Assembly: GCF_001194135.2 (NCBI RefSeq) | Contig: NC_068998.1 | Coordinates: 18,467,894-18,531,893, forward strand | DNA: 64,000 nucleotides | Source of the DNA: Octopus bimaculoides | Taxonomy: Eukaryota | Direction: 5' to 3' | In this document: piece by piece, positions 63,501 to 64,000 of the stretch | How the letters are laid out: every line of letters starts with the position of its first letter | Numbering within the stretch: the stretch's first letter is position 1 | Made by a program: the position numbers and the translations under genes | Notes under the pieces: model-generated | The model's input: the letters and a program-made list of their open reading frames with translations, nothing else | What the model was told of the DNA's origin: nothing | Database searches by the model: none

Positions 63501-63767
63501 AAAGCAGGGCTTGTTGAGAAAAAGAACTTGTGTTGCTACTCTGAACGATGGAATTAGAAGGGGCCTCGACGCGACCGCCTTCCTGTCACAACTGGAGCCA
63601 GTAAGTCTTGACCGCAGAGATGGTAAGCGCCCTAACAGTATAGGGGGTTCCTATAAGGTTGTTATCCACCCCTGATTGGAACTCTCCCGTATGACATGTA
63701 CGCATGCTCAGTGACTTGCTTTAACTTCCGCAGACTAACGACTCACATACTGTACTGACAGGTTAAT

Positions 63768-64000
63768 ATGTCTCTGAAGAAATCACGCAAATACTGCTGT
63801 ATATGCAGCCACTATAGAGGGAAGAATGTAGACAGCAAAGTTATTTCACTACATAGATATCCTGCAAACGTAGCTATTCGTCGTATTTGGCTTCAGAGAT
63901 CGAGACTTGTGAAGAAAGACTTTGTTTACACTGCAAATAGCCAAATGTGTTCCCAGCATTTCGTCAATTTTAATGGATCATCGAAAGATCACCCCTTGCC
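63768..64000 (+). CDS. THAP-domain ORF, truncated by the window edge (probably a DNA transposon transposase N-terminus)
   Basis: Uninterrupted MSLKKSRKYCCICSHYRGKNVDSKVISLHRYPANVAIRRIWLQRSRLVKKDFVYTANSQMCSQHFVNFNGSSKDHPL. It has the C2CH THAP signature (C-x2-C ... H.YP ... W ... CSQHF). It is absent from the ORF track because no stop lies in the window. Confidence 0.85.
   Translation, partial: MSLKKSRKYCCICSHYRGKNVDSKVISLHRYPANVAIRRIWLQRSRLVKKDFVYTANSQMCSQHFVNFNGSSKDHPL

Noticed and set aside
63560-63640. GC-rich stretch that might be an HDV-like ribozyme at a LINE end
   Set aside because: I could not assign the P1/P1.1/P2/P3 nested pseudoknot by eye; it needs an RNArobo/Infernal search.

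Overview
AT-rich, repeat-dense animal genomic DNA from a draft assembly with 11 N-gaps. The SINE, MITE and microsatellite landscape looks like a coleoid cephalopod, most likely an octopus (inference, not checked by search). Two spliced genes missed by the ORF track lie head-to-head. On the minus strand is a CEP78 (centrosomal LRR protein) ortholog with four coding exons (38657-38805, 36368-36474, 24545-24714, 12164-12267); one internal exon and all 3' exons are not visible. On the plus strand is the first coding exon of ribose-5-phosphate isomerase A (RPIA, 52471-52533). The rest is mostly transposon-derived: several tRNA-headed SINE families, TTAA- and hAT-type MITEs, and fossils of pogo, Tc1/mariner, Merlin, R4/Dong, RTE, Tx1, CR1-like and Gypsy elements. 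An intact THAP-domain ORF runs off the right edge. The best leads are an in-frame upstream ATG adding a mitochondrial-presequence-like extension to RPIA, a nested double-hairpin element in RPIA intron 1, co-oriented head-to-tail SINE arrays built on (ATT)n tails, a structured GC-rich insert inside a SINE, and a CpG-rich domain between the two genes. No CRISPR array, rRNA or genuine tRNA gene is supported. Coordinates of degenerate repeats are approximate, and SINE family letters are my own labels.
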